Assembly (NCBI GenBank): GCA_951406725.2
Contig: OX597822.1
Location: 58,156,001-58,220,000, forward strand
Reading direction: 5' to 3'
Origin: Octopus vulgaris
Lineage: Eukaryota
Length of the DNA stretch: 64,000 nucleotides
The notes below the pieces were generated by a model, which was given only the letters and a program-made list of their open reading frames with translations, was not told the DNA's origin and ran no database searches. This document shows, one piece after another, positions 63,981 through 64,000 of this stretch (positions within the stretch are counted from its first letter, which is position 1; every line of letters begins with the position of its first letter). A program made the translations under genes and the position numbers.

Positions 63981-64000
63981 TGGTCAGTTTACAATCCATT
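63981..64000 (-). CDS. TRIT1: Possible 3' end of the preceding TRIT1 exon (truncated by the window edge)
   Basis: The minus strand reads A ATG GAT TGT AAA CTG ACC A|GTAAGT. Its phase-1 end joins the 17665 exon (A+TC = Ile) to give [17 protein letters not shown], which fits the spacing upstream of LxERL in the family. Only 20 nt are visible, and the usual Trp before the hydrophobic residue is not encoded. Confidence 0.35.

Overview
AT-rich, repeat-saturated animal genomic DNA. The dense SINE families, RTE LINEs and microsatellites suggest an octopus/coleoid cephalopod (inference). Almost all ORFs in the supplied track are repeat- or microsatellite-derived. The only confident host-gene sequence is a 112-nt minus-strand internal exon of tRNA dimethylallyltransferase (TRIT1/MOD5/MiaA family) at 17554-17665. 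A possible 3' end of the preceding exon sits at the window edge (63981-64000), which would make most of the window intronic. The rest is a layered fossil record of mobile DNA: tRNA-derived SINEs, RTE, CR1/L2-like and RLE-type LINE fragments, piggyBac, Tc1/mariner, hAT and pogo-like elements and MITEs, and Helitrons. The most unusual signals are: two Penelope-type hammerhead ribozyme motifs; a TSD-flanked fold-back RTE insertion forming a ~175-bp hairpin; an internally deleted piggyBac that kept only its Cys-rich C-terminal domain; a ~190-bp structured element with no tRNA head; a fossil 23-aa STPR repeat; and inverted SINE pairs bracketing the TRIT1 exon. Many repeat boundaries are approximate, and no database search was possible.
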